Origin: an uncultured Pseudomonadota bacterium
GTDB taxonomy: Bacteria; Pseudomonadota; Alphaproteobacteria; JACZXZ01
DNA: 64,000 nucleotides
Assembly: GCA_963749075.1 (NCBI GenBank)
Contig: CAVVLJ010000016.1
Span: 608,001-672,000, forward strand
Reading direction: 5' to 3'
Part shown: positions 44,327 through 53,945 of the stretch, piece after piece
How positions within the stretch are numbered: the stretch's first letter is position 1
Layout of the letters: the number at the start of each line of letters is the position of its first letter
Notes under the pieces: model-generated
The model's database searches: none
Told to the model about the DNA's origin: nothing
The model's input: only the letters and a program-made list of their open reading frames with translations
Position numbers and translations under genes: made by a program

Positions 44327-45493
44327 CTAGGCTGCCAGCGCCTTGAGCGCCTCCGAGAGGGCGAGAAAGAGGTGATAGGGGGTGGTCGCCGGCAGCGCCG
44401 TCGTCTGCGGCTCGAGCTTGCGGTCGAGCACTTCGCGCCAGCCGCCGTCCGCGAGGAGATAGTGCGCGAAGAGGAATTCGACGAGCGCGGCGAGACGCGC
44501 GCGCGCGGCGTCGCCCTCCGCCCGCGGCAGCTTGGCGCGCGCGCGCAGCGTATAGGCCTTGATGCGCTCGCACTGCGGCCAGATGCGCTTGCTGTCCTTG
44601 ACCACGTGCCCCTGCCGGTCGAGCGCGTCGAACACGCCGCCATGCTCGGCGTCGACGCCGTGCCGCTCGGCCCAGGCGAAGAGGCGCTCGGCGGCGGGCA
44701 GCATGCGCGCGTCGTGCCAGAAGGCACTGCCCTCGTATATGAGCCAGTACCACTCGAAATGATGGCCCGGCTCGACCAGGTTGCCCGTCTCCGCATGGGG
44801 CCGGCCGCGCTCGTCGAAGAACTCGCCGAGGATGCCGGCCTTCGCGTCGAAGAGGTGGCGCTGGAAGAGCTCGGCGAGCGCTGCGGCCTCCTCCCTGAAG
44901 GCCGGCTCGTCGTTCGCGCGGGCGAGCGCCACGTAGGCCTCGAGGAGATGCATGTGGGGGTTCTGCTTGAGCGTATGGTCGGCGATCGACCAGTCTTGCT
45001 GGGCACGCGAGGCGAACCAACCCGCGGGCAGCCGCAGGTGGCGCCCGAGGAGATGCCCGGTCTCGCGCGCGATCTCGAGCGCCTCGCGCCGGCGGAAGCT
45101 CTGGAAGTAATGGGCGAGGCCGAACATGGCGAAGGCGTGGCCGTAGAGGTCCTTGCCGGTGTCGAGCGGGCTGCCGTCGAGGGCGACGGTGAAGAACCAG
45201 CCGCCGAAGCGGTGGTCCCAGAAGCGCCGCACGAGGTAGTCGTAGATGCGGTGGGCCACGTCCTCATGGCCCGTCCCGGGGCGCAGGCGCGCCGCCTCGC
45301 TGAAGACATAGAGCTGGCGGCCGCACACGGTGAGCCTGCGGTGCTCGAGCGGCGAGGGCGAATGGTCGGCCTCGAGCCGCTCGAAGAAGCCGCCGTGGAG
45401 GCGGTCCCAGCCGTGCTCGGCCCAAAGCGGCAGGAGCTCGCGAAAGAGATAGTCGTCGATCCTCTTGCCGAGCGGCGGCGCAGCACTCCCCAT
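44327..45493 (-). CDS. AGE-family sugar epimerase/isomerase (N-acylglucosamine 2-epimerase/mannose-6-P isomerase-like)
   Basis: GGFFERL, RQLYVF, DLYGHAF, QNPHMHLLEA, EPGHHFEW, WPQCE, YHL. Confidence 0.9.
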   Translation of the reverse strand: MGSAAPPLGKRIDDYLFRELLPLWAEHGWDRLHGGFFERLEADHSPSPLEHRRLTVCGRQLYVFSEAARLRPGTGHEDVAHRIYDYLVRRFWDHRFGGWFFTVALDGSPLDTGKDLYGHAFAMFGLAHYFQSFRRREALEIARETGHLLGRHLRLPAGWFASRAQQDWSIADHTLKQNPHMHLLEAYVALARANDEPAFREEAAALAELFQRHLFDAKAGILGEFFDERGRPHAETGNLVEPGHHFEWYWLIYEGSAFWHDARMLPAAERLFAWAERHGVDAEHGGVFDALDRQGHVVKDSKRIWPQCERIKAYTLRARAKLPRAEGDAARARLAALVEFLFAHYLLADGGWREVLDRKLEPQTTALPATTPYHLFLALSEALKALAA

Positions 45494-45771
45494 GGACACT
45501 CTTTACACGCTCGCCCCAGACGCCGGAAGGCCTGCCAAGCGCGGCGGCGGCCGCCGCCGCCCGCTCGAGGGAGCCGGCTTGTTAGCTCCGGGCACTACCT
45601 GCGCCGGCGGTGGGCGGGACCGAGCGTCCCGCCGTTGGGAGTTCGCTGGCTGCCGCCGCCGCTCTCGCGCTCCGCGTCCCGCCATAGCATACTATGGCGA
45701 TGCGCCAAGGGAAGCGGCCGTCCGCGGCAGTGCCGGCGGGAGAAAGTGCCGTGGGAGGGGAGACGAGGACC

Positions 45772-46827
45772 ATGCCGGGAGAAGCGCGATGGAAACGGCG
45801 TCCCGAGGGATCGACCTGGGGCGATTACGGACCGGACGACGAGCTCGGCCGGCTCAACCTGCTCACGCCGGAGAAGGTGAAAGAGGGCATTGCCGAGGTG
45901 CGCGAGGGCTTGACCTTCTGCCTGAGCCTGCCGCTCGACTATCCGGGGGGCAACGTGCTCAACCCGCGCCGCCATCCGCCCGTGCTGAGGCCCACGCTGC
46001 GCGGAGATAAGCCCAACTTCCTCTACCGCACGGCCGCCGACGACGCGAAGCTCACCGACGTGATCAACGACGACGCGGTCATCCTCCACCTGCAATACTC
46101 CACCCAGTGGGACAGCCTGGCCCACGTCGGCCAGCTCTTCGACGCCGACGGCGACGGCACGCCCGAGGCGGTCTTCTACAATGGCTACCGCGCGGGCGAG
46201 CACATCGTGGGTCCGCGGGACGCCAAGGACGCCGGCGCCGTGGGCGAGGTGCCGGCGCGCTCGACCTCGGCCGCGAAGAAGCTCGGCATCGAGAACATGG
46301 CGGCGAAATGCATGCAGGGCCGCGGCGTGATGATCGACCTCCACGCCCATTTCGGCCGCGCGCGCAAGATCGTGGGCTATGACGATCTCATGCGCGTGCT
46401 AGAGGCCGACAAGGTCGCGGTCGAGTCGGGCGACATGGTGTGCCTCCACACCGGCTTCGCCCAGCTCATCCTCGAGATGGGGAAGAAGCCCGACGGCGCC
46501 GTGCTCGCCAATTCCTGCGCCGCGCTCGACGGGCGCGATGAGCGGCTCCTCGAATGGATCAGTGCCTCCGGCCTCGTGGCCCTCATCGCCGACAATTACG
46601 CGGTCGAGGCCAGTCCGGCGCGCCCCGGCCAGGGAAAATGCGCGCTGCTGCCGCTCCACGAGCACTGCCTCTTCAAGCTCGGCGTCAATCTCGGCGAGAT
46701 CTGGCAGCTGACGCCGCTTGCGGACTGGCTGCGTGCCCACGGGCGCTGCCGCTTCCTGCTGACGGCGCCGCCGCTCAGACTCCCGGGTGCCGTGGGCTCG
46801 CCCGCGACGCCAGTCGCCACGGTCTAG
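45772..46827 (+). CDS. Cyclase-family (kynurenine formamidase-like) protein, non-canonical metal motif
   Basis: WGDYGPDDELGRLNLLT, QYSTQWDSLAH, GRGVMID, HTG, LGEIWQL, APPLRLPGAVGSP. Confidence 0.85.
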   Translation: MPGEARWKRRPEGSTWGDYGPDDELGRLNLLTPEKVKEGIAEVREGLTFCLSLPLDYPGGNVLNPRRHPPVLRPTLRGDKPNFLYRTAADDAKLTDVINDDAVILHLQYSTQWDSLAHVGQLFDADGDGTPEAVFYNGYRAGEHIVGPRDAKDAGAVGEVPARSTSAAKKLGIENMAAKCMQGRGVMIDLHAHFGRARKIVGYDDLMRVLEADKVAVESGDMVCLHTGFAQLILEMGKKPDGAVLANSCAALDGRDERLLEWISASGLVALIADNYAVEASPARPGQGKCALLPLHEHCLFKLGVNLGEIWQLTPLADWLRAHGRCRFLLTAPPLRLPGAVGSPATPVATV

Positions 46828-46846
46828 CGTTCCCGTCCGCATAGCC

Positions 46847-48940
46847 ATGTCCAATGCGAGCCTCAAGGCGGCGCTCGAGCCCAAGTCCGTGGCGATCGTG
46901 GGCGCCTCCGAGAACCCCAACAAGATCGGCGGCCGGCCGGTCGCCTACCTCAACCGCTTCGGCTTCCGCGGCAAGGTCTACCCGATCAACCCGCGGCGCG
47001 CCGAGGTGCAGGGCTTCGCCACCTACGCCGATCTTAAGAGCCTGCCCGAAGTGCCCGAGATGGCGATCGTGGCGCTGCCGGGCGACGCCGCGGTGGCGGC
47101 GGTCGCCGAATGTGCAGCACTCGGGGTCAAGGTCGCGGTCGTCATGACCTCGGGCTTCGGCGAGACCGCGACGGCGGAGGGGCGCGCCAAGGAACGCGAG
47201 ATGGTTGCCGCCGCGCGCGCCCACGGCATGCGCATCGTCGGCCCCAACGCGCAAGGCCTCGCCAATTTCGGCAGCGGCACGGTCGCGAGCTTCTCGACCA
47301 TGTTCATCGAGGAGGCGCCGGCCGACGGCCCGGTCGCCATGTGCAGCCAGAGCGGCGCCATGAGCGTGGTGCCCTACGGGCTCCTCCGCCGGCGCGGCAT
47401 CGGCGTGCGCCACGCCCATGCCACGGGCAACGACGCCGACGTGACGGTGGCCGAGCTCGCCGCGGCGGTGGCCGCCGACCCGGCCGTCAAGCTCCTCCTC
47501 CTCTATCTCGAGAGCATCCCCGATCCCCACCAGCTGGCCGAGGCGGCACGCATCGCGCGCGAGCGCGAGCTCCCCATCGTGGCGCTGAAATCCGGCCGCA
47601 CGGCGGCGGGGCAGCGCGCGGCGCAATCCCATACCGGCGCGCTTGCCACCGAGGACCGCGTCGTCGACGCCTTCTTGGTACAGCACGGCATCTGGCGCGT
47701 GAATGACGTGGCGGGTCTCGTGGAGGCGGCCGAGCTCTATCTCAAGGGCTGGCGGCCGCCGGGAAGGCGCCTCGCGGTCGTGAGCAATTCGGGCGCAACT
47801 TGCGTGATGGCGGCGGATGCGGCGACGCTCGCCGGCCTCGCCATGGCGCCGCTCGCGCCTGCCACGCGCGAGGCCCTCGGCCGCGTGCTGCCGAGCTTCG
47901 CCACCACCACGAACCCGGTCGACATCACCGCGGCCCTCCTCACCAACAGCCGGCTCTTCGGACAAATCCTCCCCATCCTCGCGCGCGACGCGGCGGTCGA
48001 CGCACTCATGGTAGGTCTTCCCGTGGCAGGCGAGGGCTACGACGTGGATGCCTTTGCCACGGACGCCGCCGCCTTCGCCAAGGAGACCGGCAAGCCGGTC
48101 GTCGTCATGGCGCCCCAGCTCAAGGTCGCAGCCCCTTTCAAGGCCGAGGGCCTCGCCACCTTCGAGCTCGAGGCCCAGGCGATCGCGGCCCTGAGCCAGT
48201 TCATCCGGCACCGCGAGCTCATGGCCGAGGTGCGGCTCAAGGCGCCGCCCGTGCCGGTGCCGCCGTTGGCGAGCGGCCCGGGCCGCGCGCTCAACGAGGC
48301 GGAGAGCCTGGCGCTCGTCGCCGGCTGCGGCATCGCCGTCGTGGCGCACGCGCTCTGCCGCTGCGAGGCGGAGGCCCGGGCGGCGTTCCGCAAGCTCGGC
48401 CCGCCCGTCGCGGTCAAAGGCTGCTCCGCCGAGGTGGCGCACAAATCCGAGCTCGGCCTCGTCCGCCTCGGCGTCGCCGACGAGGATGCGGCCATAGCTG
48501 CCTATCGCGACATGGCGCGCATTCTCGCGGAACGTGGCGCGCGCTTCGACGGCGTCATCGTCGCGGCGATGGCGCGCGGCCGCCACGAGCTCATGATCGG
48601 CGCGCACCGCGATCCCGTCTTCGGCCCGGTCGTGATGATGGGCGAGGGCGGCAAGTACGTCGAGGCGCTGCCCGATCTCCAGACGCTCCTTCCGCCCTTC
48701 ACGGCTGCGGACGCCGAGCGCGCCCTCGGGCGGCTGCGCATGGCGCCGCTTCTCGCGGGCGTGCGCGGCGAGCCACCCATGGACAGGGGCGCCTTCGCAG
48801 AGGCCGCCGCGGCGGCCGGCCGCATGATGGCCGGGGCCTCGCCCCGCACCTTGAGCCTCGATCTCAATCCCGTGCTGCTCGGGACTGCGGGGGAGGGATA
48901 TGCGGTGGTCGACGCGGTGGCGATCGTCGAGGAAGTGTAA
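46847..48940 (+). CDS. ADP-forming acyl-CoA synthetase (acetate-CoA ligase family, fused subunits)
   Basis: PKSVAIVGAS, GPNAQG, SQSGA, SHTGALA (phospho-His), NPVD, HKSELG, DPVFGP, DLNP. Confidence 0.92.
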   Translation: MSNASLKAALEPKSVAIVGASENPNKIGGRPVAYLNRFGFRGKVYPINPRRAEVQGFATYADLKSLPEVPEMAIVALPGDAAVAAVAECAALGVKVAVVMTSGFGETATAEGRAKEREMVAAARAHGMRIVGPNAQGLANFGSGTVASFSTMFIEEAPADGPVAMCSQSGAMSVVPYGLLRRRGIGVRHAHATGNDADVTVAELAAAVAADPAVKLLLLYLESIPDPHQLAEAARIARERELPIVALKSGRTAAGQRAAQSHTGALATEDRVVDAFLVQHGIWRVNDVAGLVEAAELYLKGWRPPGRRLAVVSNSGATCVMAADAATLAGLAMAPLAPATREALGRVLPSFATTTNPVDITAALLTNSRLFGQILPILARDAAVDALMVGLPVAGEGYDVDAFATDAAAFAKETGKPVVVMAPQLKVAAPFKAEGLATFELEAQAIAALSQFIRHRELMAEVRLKAPPVPVPPLASGPGRALNEAESLALVAGCGIAVVAHALCRCEAEARAAFRKLGPPVAVKGCSAEVAHKSELGLVRLGVADEDAAIAAYRDMARILAERGARFDGVIVAAMARGRHELMIGAHRDPVFGPVVMMGEGGKYVEALPDLQTLLPPFTAADAERALGRLRMAPLLAGVRGEPPMDRGAFAEAAAAAGRMMAGASPRTLSLDLNPVLLGTAGEGYAVVDAVAIVEEV

Positions 48941-48964
48941 CGGGCATCAAGCGGGGAGGATCGC

Positions 48965-49795
48965 ATGAGCATGAGCCAAAGCGAGAAGGCACGAGCATTT
49001 CGCGCGCTGCACGAGGGGCCCGGAGCGTTCGTCATTCCCAATCCCTGGGATGTCGGCACGGCCCGCATGCTGGCGGCCCTCGGGTTCAAGGCGCTGGCGA
49101 CGACGAGTGCCGGCTTCGCCTTCTCGATCGGCCGCCGCGATGGCGCGGTCACGCGCGATGAGGCGCTCGCCCATTGCCGCGCCATCGTCGCGGCGAGCGA
49201 GCTGCCGGTCTCGGCCGATCTCGAGAAGTGCTTCGGCGACGCACCGGAGACGGTCGCCGAGACGATCCGCCTGGCGGCCGGCACGGGCCTCGTCGGCGCC
49301 TCGGTCGAGGATGCCAGCGGCGATCCGCGGCGCCCGATCTACGATCTGGCACTCGCCGTCGAGCGGGTCGCCGCGGCGGTCGAGGCGGCGCGCGCGCTGC
49401 CGTTTCCCTTCACGCTCACGGCGCGGGCGGAGAATTTTCTTCAGGGCAGAGCCGATCTCGACGATACGATCCGCCGCCTTCAGGCCTTCGCCGCCGCCGG
49501 TGCCGACGTGCTCTATGCGCCGGTCCTGCCCAGTCTCGAGGCGGTCAGGATGGTCTGCGCTGCGGTGGCGCCCCGGCCGGTCAATGTGCTGACCGCCGGA
49601 CCGGCTGCTGCCTCCTCCGTTGCCGAGCTTGCCGCCGCCGGCGCGCGGCGGATCAGCGTCGGCGGCGCGCTCTACCGGGCGGCGCACGGCGCCTTCCTTC
49701 TCGCGGCGCGCGAGATGAAGGATCGCGGAACCTTCAGCTATATCGCGGATGCCGCGTCCGGCGCCGAGCTCGCCGGCTTCATGGCCAAGCGCTGA
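48965..49795 (+). CDS. Isocitrate lyase/PEP mutase superfamily protein
   Basis: PNPWDVGTA, ALATTSAG, PVSADLE, SVED, ARAE, AGADVLYAP, RRISVG. Confidence 0.9.
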   Translation: MSMSQSEKARAFRALHEGPGAFVIPNPWDVGTARMLAALGFKALATTSAGFAFSIGRRDGAVTRDEALAHCRAIVAASELPVSADLEKCFGDAPETVAETIRLAAGTGLVGASVEDASGDPRRPIYDLALAVERVAAAVEAARALPFPFTLTARAENFLQGRADLDDTIRRLQAFAAAGADVLYAPVLPSLEAVRMVCAAVAPRPVNVLTAGPAAASSVAELAAAGARRISVGGALYRAAHGAFLLAAREMKDRGTFSYIADAASGAELAGFMAKR

Positions 49796-49803
49796 GACGG
49801 CCC

Positions 49804-51660
49804 TTACAGGAACCCGATCGAGAGCCAGGGGACGGCGGCGACGATGACGAGGGCGGCGAAGAGGGCGGCGAGATAGGGCCAGATGCGCCCCATGCTCTCG
49901 TCGGGCGAGACGCGGCCGATGGCGCAGGCCGCGTAGAAGCCGACGCCGAAGGGCGGGGCGAAGAGCCCGAGCCCCATGGCGAGGATCACCACCATGGCGT
50001 AATGCACCTCGTGCACGCCGAGGGCGCGCGCCACCGGGAAGAGGAGCGGCCCGAAGAGCACGATGGCGGGGATGCCCTCGAGCACGCTCCCGAGCACGAT
50101 GAAGACGGCGATCGAGATGGCGAGGAAGCCCGCGTGCCCGCCCGGCACCGCCGCCATCATGGTGACGAGCTGGTGCGAGAAGCCCGACTGGGTGAGCGCC
50201 CATGCCATCGCCGTCGCGGTGCCGATGATGAGGAGGATGGCGCCGGAGAGGGAAGCGGTCTCGATGAGGATGGGATAGAGCCGGCGCAAGGGGAACTGGC
50301 GATAGACGAGGATGCCGACGGCGACGGTATAGACGACGCCCACGGTCGACACCTCGGTCGCGGTCGCGACTCCTTCGATGACCGCGGCGCGGATGACGAA
50401 GGGCAGCACGAGTGCCGGCAGCGAGACCACGAAGGCGCGCAAGACCTCGCGGCCCGTGGCGCGGCGCACGCCGCGCATATCCTCGCCGCGCGAGCGGAAG
50501 AAGCACACCGCGACGAGGGCAAGGGCCGCGACGAGTGCCGGGAGGAGGCCGCCCGTGAAGAGTGCGGAGATCGAGACGCCGGTAACCGAGCCGATGGTGA
50601 TGAGCACCAGGCTCGGCGGGATCGTCTCGGCCATGGCGCCCGAGGAGGAGAGGAGGGCCACGAGCTCGCCCGGCTCGGCCCCGCGCCGCTTCATCTCGGG
50701 GAAGAGCACCGGCGCCACCGCCGCCATGTCCGCCGCCTTCGAGCCCGAGATGCCCGAGACGAGATAAATGGCGCCGAGCAGCACATAGGCGAGGCCGCCG
50801 CGCACGTGGCCCAAGAGCGAGGCGAGGAAATCGACGAGCACGCGCGCGAGCCCGGTCATCTCGATGAGGAGGCCCAGGAAGACGAAAAGCGGCACCGAGA
50901 GCAGCACCAGGTTCGACATGCCCTCGTCCATGCGGTTGACCACGATGGTGAGCGGCACGTGGGTGGCGAGCGCCAGGTAGGAGAGCGTCGCGACGCCGAA
51001 GGCGAAGGCGATCGGCACGCCGATGGCGACGCAGGCGCCGACGATCAGCACGAAGAAGATCACGAGATTGAGGTTGCCGATCGAGAGCAGCGCCGGCCGC
51101 GCGAGCCAGAGTGCCGCCGCGACGAGGCCGATGACGAGGAGGGAGCCGAGCGCCTCGCGCACGCTCGAGCGCCCGAAGAGGCGGAAGAGCGCGATCACCA
51201 TCATGAGGACGGCGCCAACCCCGATGGCGAGCACGCGCAGGCCGTCGTGGATCTCGAGCGCCGGCGTGATGATCGCCCATTCGCTCTCCACATAGGCCGC
51301 GGCCGAGGGGATGATCTCGATCACGAAGAGCGCCACCACCATCGCGGCGAGCGTATCGAGCCAGCGCCGGCGCGCGGCACCCGCGTAGCCCACGATCGCC
51401 GTGAGCCGCATGTGCTCCTCGCGGCGGAGGGCGATCACCGCACCCAGCATGGCGAGCCAGAGAAAGAGGATGGAGGCGAGCTCGTCCGACCAGGTGAGCG
51501 GCCGGTCGAAGACGTAGCGCGACACCACGCCCGCGAAAAGCACGATGGTCTCGACCACCACGAGGACCGCGGCCGGCAGCTCGGTGAGCCAGCCGAGCGT
51601 GCGCTCGAACCGCGGGAGCCGGTCGCGCATGATCGGCGCCGCGAAGCTAGTACTCACCAT
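49804..51660 (-). CDS. TRAP transporter, fused small+large permease (DctQM)
   Basis: WSDELAS...HMRL (DctQ); SGISGSKAADM, IPPS, TEVS, PPFGVG (DctM). Confidence 0.93.
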   Translation of the reverse strand: MVSTSFAAPIMRDRLPRFERTLGWLTELPAAVLVVVETIVLFAGVVSRYVFDRPLTWSDELASILFLWLAMLGAVIALRREEHMRLTAIVGYAGAARRRWLDTLAAMVVALFVIEIIPSAAAYVESEWAIITPALEIHDGLRVLAIGVGAVLMMVIALFRLFGRSSVREALGSLLVIGLVAAALWLARPALLSIGNLNLVIFFVLIVGACVAIGVPIAFAFGVATLSYLALATHVPLTIVVNRMDEGMSNLVLLSVPLFVFLGLLIEMTGLARVLVDFLASLLGHVRGGLAYVLLGAIYLVSGISGSKAADMAAVAPVLFPEMKRRGAEPGELVALLSSSGAMAETIPPSLVLITIGSVTGVSISALFTGGLLPALVAALALVAVCFFRSRGEDMRGVRRATGREVLRAFVVSLPALVLPFVIRAAVIEGVATATEVSTVGVVYTVAVGILVYRQFPLRRLYPILIETASLSGAILLIIGTATAMAWALTQSGFSHQLVTMMAAVPGGHAGFLAISIAVFIVLGSVLEGIPAIVLFGPLLFPVARALGVHEVHYAMVVILAMGLGLFAPPFGVGFYAACAIGRVSPDESMGRIWPYLAALFAALVIVAAVPWLSIGFL

Positions 51661-51677
51661 CGCTGAGGCCTGCGTCA

Positions 51678-51715
51678 CCCCCTCCCCCCTTGAGGGGGAG
51701 GGTTAGGGAGGGGGG
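51678..51715. repeat. Intergenic C-rich/G-rich palindromic element (REP/CIR-like) between dctP and dctQM
   Basis: CCCCCTCCCCCC-TTGA-GGGGGAGGG-TTA-GGG-A-GGGGGG. Confidence 0.75.
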
Positions 51716-51742
51716 TGTGGCGCGCATAGATGGCCTGGGATG

Positions 51743-52765
51743 CTACGCCAGCTGCCCGACGGCCTTCTCGAGGAGCGCCCAGGCCTCGGCGCCGTATTTC
51801 TCCTTCCACTCGCCGTAGAAGCCGGCCTTGCGCAGCGCCGCGCGGAACGCCTCGGCATTCGTGTTGTTGAAGATCATGCCCTTGCCTGCGAGATCGCCTT
51901 GCAGCGTGTCGTTGAGATGGCGGACGTCCTCGCGGTCCTTGAGCGCCGCCGCGTTGAAGTTGCGCTCGACGATCTCCTGGACGTCCTTCGGCAGGCGCTG
52001 CCAGGCCTGGCCGTTGGCGAGGAACCAGAAGCCGTCCCACATGTGGTTGGTGATGGCGCAGTATTTCTGCACCTCGTAGAGCTTGGCGACGGAGATGATG
52101 GAGAGCGGGTTCTCCTGACCCTCGACGACCTTGGTCTGCAGCGCCGAGTAGACCTCGGAGAAATTGATGCTCGCCGGTGCGGCGCCGAAGGCCTTGAACA
52201 TCGAGGTCCAGAGCGGGCTCGGCGGCACGCGTATCTTGAAGCCCTTGAGGTCCTCGGGCGTGTTGATCGGGTGCGTGCTCGAGGTCATCTCGCGGTAGCC
52301 GTTGTCCCACATCTTCTCGAAGGAGTAGAGGTTCGCCTTGGCGATCGCCGCGCGCACGTGGGCGCCGAGCGCCCCGTCCATGGCCGGCCACACTTGCGAA
52401 TAGTCCTTGAAGGCGAAGCCGATGCCGTTGATGGAGGCGACGGGCACCAGGGTCGCCAGGATGAGGCCGGAGAGGGTGAAGAACTCGATCGCCCCCGAGC
52501 GCACCTGGGAGAGCATGTCGGTGTCGCCGCCGAGCTGGTTGTTGGGAAAGATCTGGATCTCGAGCCGCCCGCCGGTCTCCTCCTTGATCTTGGCGACCGC
52601 TTCCTGGGCGCGGATGTTCATCGGATGGGTGAGGGGCACGTTGTTGGCGTATTTGTAAGTGAACTCGGCCGCCTCGGCCGGATGCTTGAGAACCGTGAGG
52701 GCGGCAGCACCCGCCGTCGCGACGGCGGCGCTGCCAAGGAACGTTCTTCGGCTGATCTTCGTCAT
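51743..52765 (-). CDS. TRAP transporter substrate-binding protein DctP (Tat signal)
   Basis: SRRTFL twin-arginine; IFPNNQLGGD, DNGYR, DLKGFKIR, EVYSALQTKVVEGQEN, EVQKY. Confidence 0.94.
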   Translation of the reverse strand: MTKISRRTFLGSAAVATAGAAALTVLKHPAEAAEFTYKYANNVPLTHPMNIRAQEAVAKIKEETGGRLEIQIFPNNQLGGDTDMLSQVRSGAIEFFTLSGLILATLVPVASINGIGFAFKDYSQVWPAMDGALGAHVRAAIAKANLYSFEKMWDNGYREMTSSTHPINTPEDLKGFKIRVPPSPLWTSMFKAFGAAPASINFSEVYSALQTKVVEGQENPLSIISVAKLYEVQKYCAITNHMWDGFWFLANGQAWQRLPKDVQEIVERNFNAAALKDREDVRHLNDTLQGDLAGKGMIFNNTNAEAFRAALRKAGFYGEWKEKYGAEAWALLEKAVGQLA

Positions 52766-52885
52766 CGTCCTCATCTCCCGTTATTGAGCGTCATCCTCCA
52801 TGCCGCAGTATCACCGCGGGCGGTTGCGGGCGATTCTATGACATGGTTCCGACGGGTGCGAAAGGGCGATCGTGCGCTTTGGCGC

Positions 52886-53866
52886 TCACTCGCCGATGCG
52901 GAAGCGCTGGCCGAGCCAGGGCATCATGCGCTTGAGCGCCGGCACCGAGCGCTCCTTCAGGACCGCCCGCGCGAGTGCCGCGACGCGCTGCGGCACGCGG
53001 CCGAGCTCGCCCGCGCGCGCGACGAGCCAGATGCGCCGCGCGATCCCCGGCGGCGGCAGCGGGGCGACCTCGACGAGGGCCGGGCCCGGTGCCGCCTCGA
53101 GGAGGCAGAGCGGGGTGGTGATGGCCCAGCCGAGGCCGCGGGCGACGAGCGCCACCACCCCCTCGGTCGTGTCGAATTCCTGGCCCAGCGGGATTTCGAG
53201 GCGGAGCCGCCTCAGGTAGCGCTCGACCTCCTTTCCGGTGAGCGAGCGCGCGGTGTAGCGGATGAGCGGCAGCTCGGCGGCGATGCGCGAGAGGCTCTTG
53301 GCGTCCTCGGCGCGGCAGCCGGCCGGCAGCAGGAGGACGTAGGGCTCGTGGAGGAGGGGCGCGCGCTCGAGGCCCTGGGCGTCCTCGAGCGCATCCTGGG
53401 TGATCGCGATGTCGAGCTCGCGCTTGCGGAAGGCGGCATTGTGCGCGTCGCTCAGGCCGGACCACAGCGAGAGCTGCGCCACGGCGTCGCGCAGCTCGAC
53501 GCCGAGCACGGGTGCCAAGGGTGCGAAGAAGGAGTTGATGATGCCGATGCGCACGAGCGGGATCTTGGAGGCGGCGCGGTCGCGCACCGCCGGTGCGATG
53601 CGCCTCGCCTCCTCGAGGAGTGCCGCCGCGCGCTCCCGCAGCACGCCGCCCGCCACCGTGAGCGCCAGCGGCCTCAGCTTGCGGTCGAGGAGCTCGACGC
53701 CGAAGCGGCGCTCGAGCTCGCGCACCATCTGCGAGACGGCCGGCTGCGTGAGCCCGAGCCTGGCCGCCGCCGCCGTCATGCTGTGCGTCTCGGCGACCGC
53801 GAGGAAGGCGTCGAGCGCGCGGAGATCGAAGGGCAGCGGCCCGGCTCCGGCGAGGGCGCGCTTCAC
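52886..53866 (-). CDS. LysR-family transcriptional regulator
   Basis: FDLRALDAFLAVAETHSMTAAAARLGLTQPAVSQMVRELE; divergent from soxB. Confidence 0.94.
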   Translation of the reverse strand: MKRALAGAGPLPFDLRALDAFLAVAETHSMTAAAARLGLTQPAVSQMVRELERRFGVELLDRKLRPLALTVAGGVLRERAAALLEEARRIAPAVRDRAASKIPLVRIGIINSFFAPLAPVLGVELRDAVAQLSLWSGLSDAHNAAFRKRELDIAITQDALEDAQGLERAPLLHEPYVLLLPAGCRAEDAKSLSRIAAELPLIRYTARSLTGKEVERYLRRLRLEIPLGQEFDTTEGVVALVARGLGWAITTPLCLLEAAPGPALVEVAPLPPPGIARRIWLVARAGELGRVPQRVAALARAVLKERSVPALKRMMPWLGQRFRIGE

Positions 53867-53889
53867 GGTTCCACCATGCGGGCTGCTTC

Positions 53890-53906
53890 CATAAGAAAAA
53901 TTTATG
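53890..53906. promoter_or_regulatory. LysR box (ATAA-N7-TTAT) between LysR and soxB
   Basis: CATAA-GAAAAAT-TTATG dyad containing T-N11-A. Confidence 0.65.
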
Positions 53907-53945
53907 TTACATCCGGAGCCGCTTGCCGGCAAGATCGCGCCCGCG

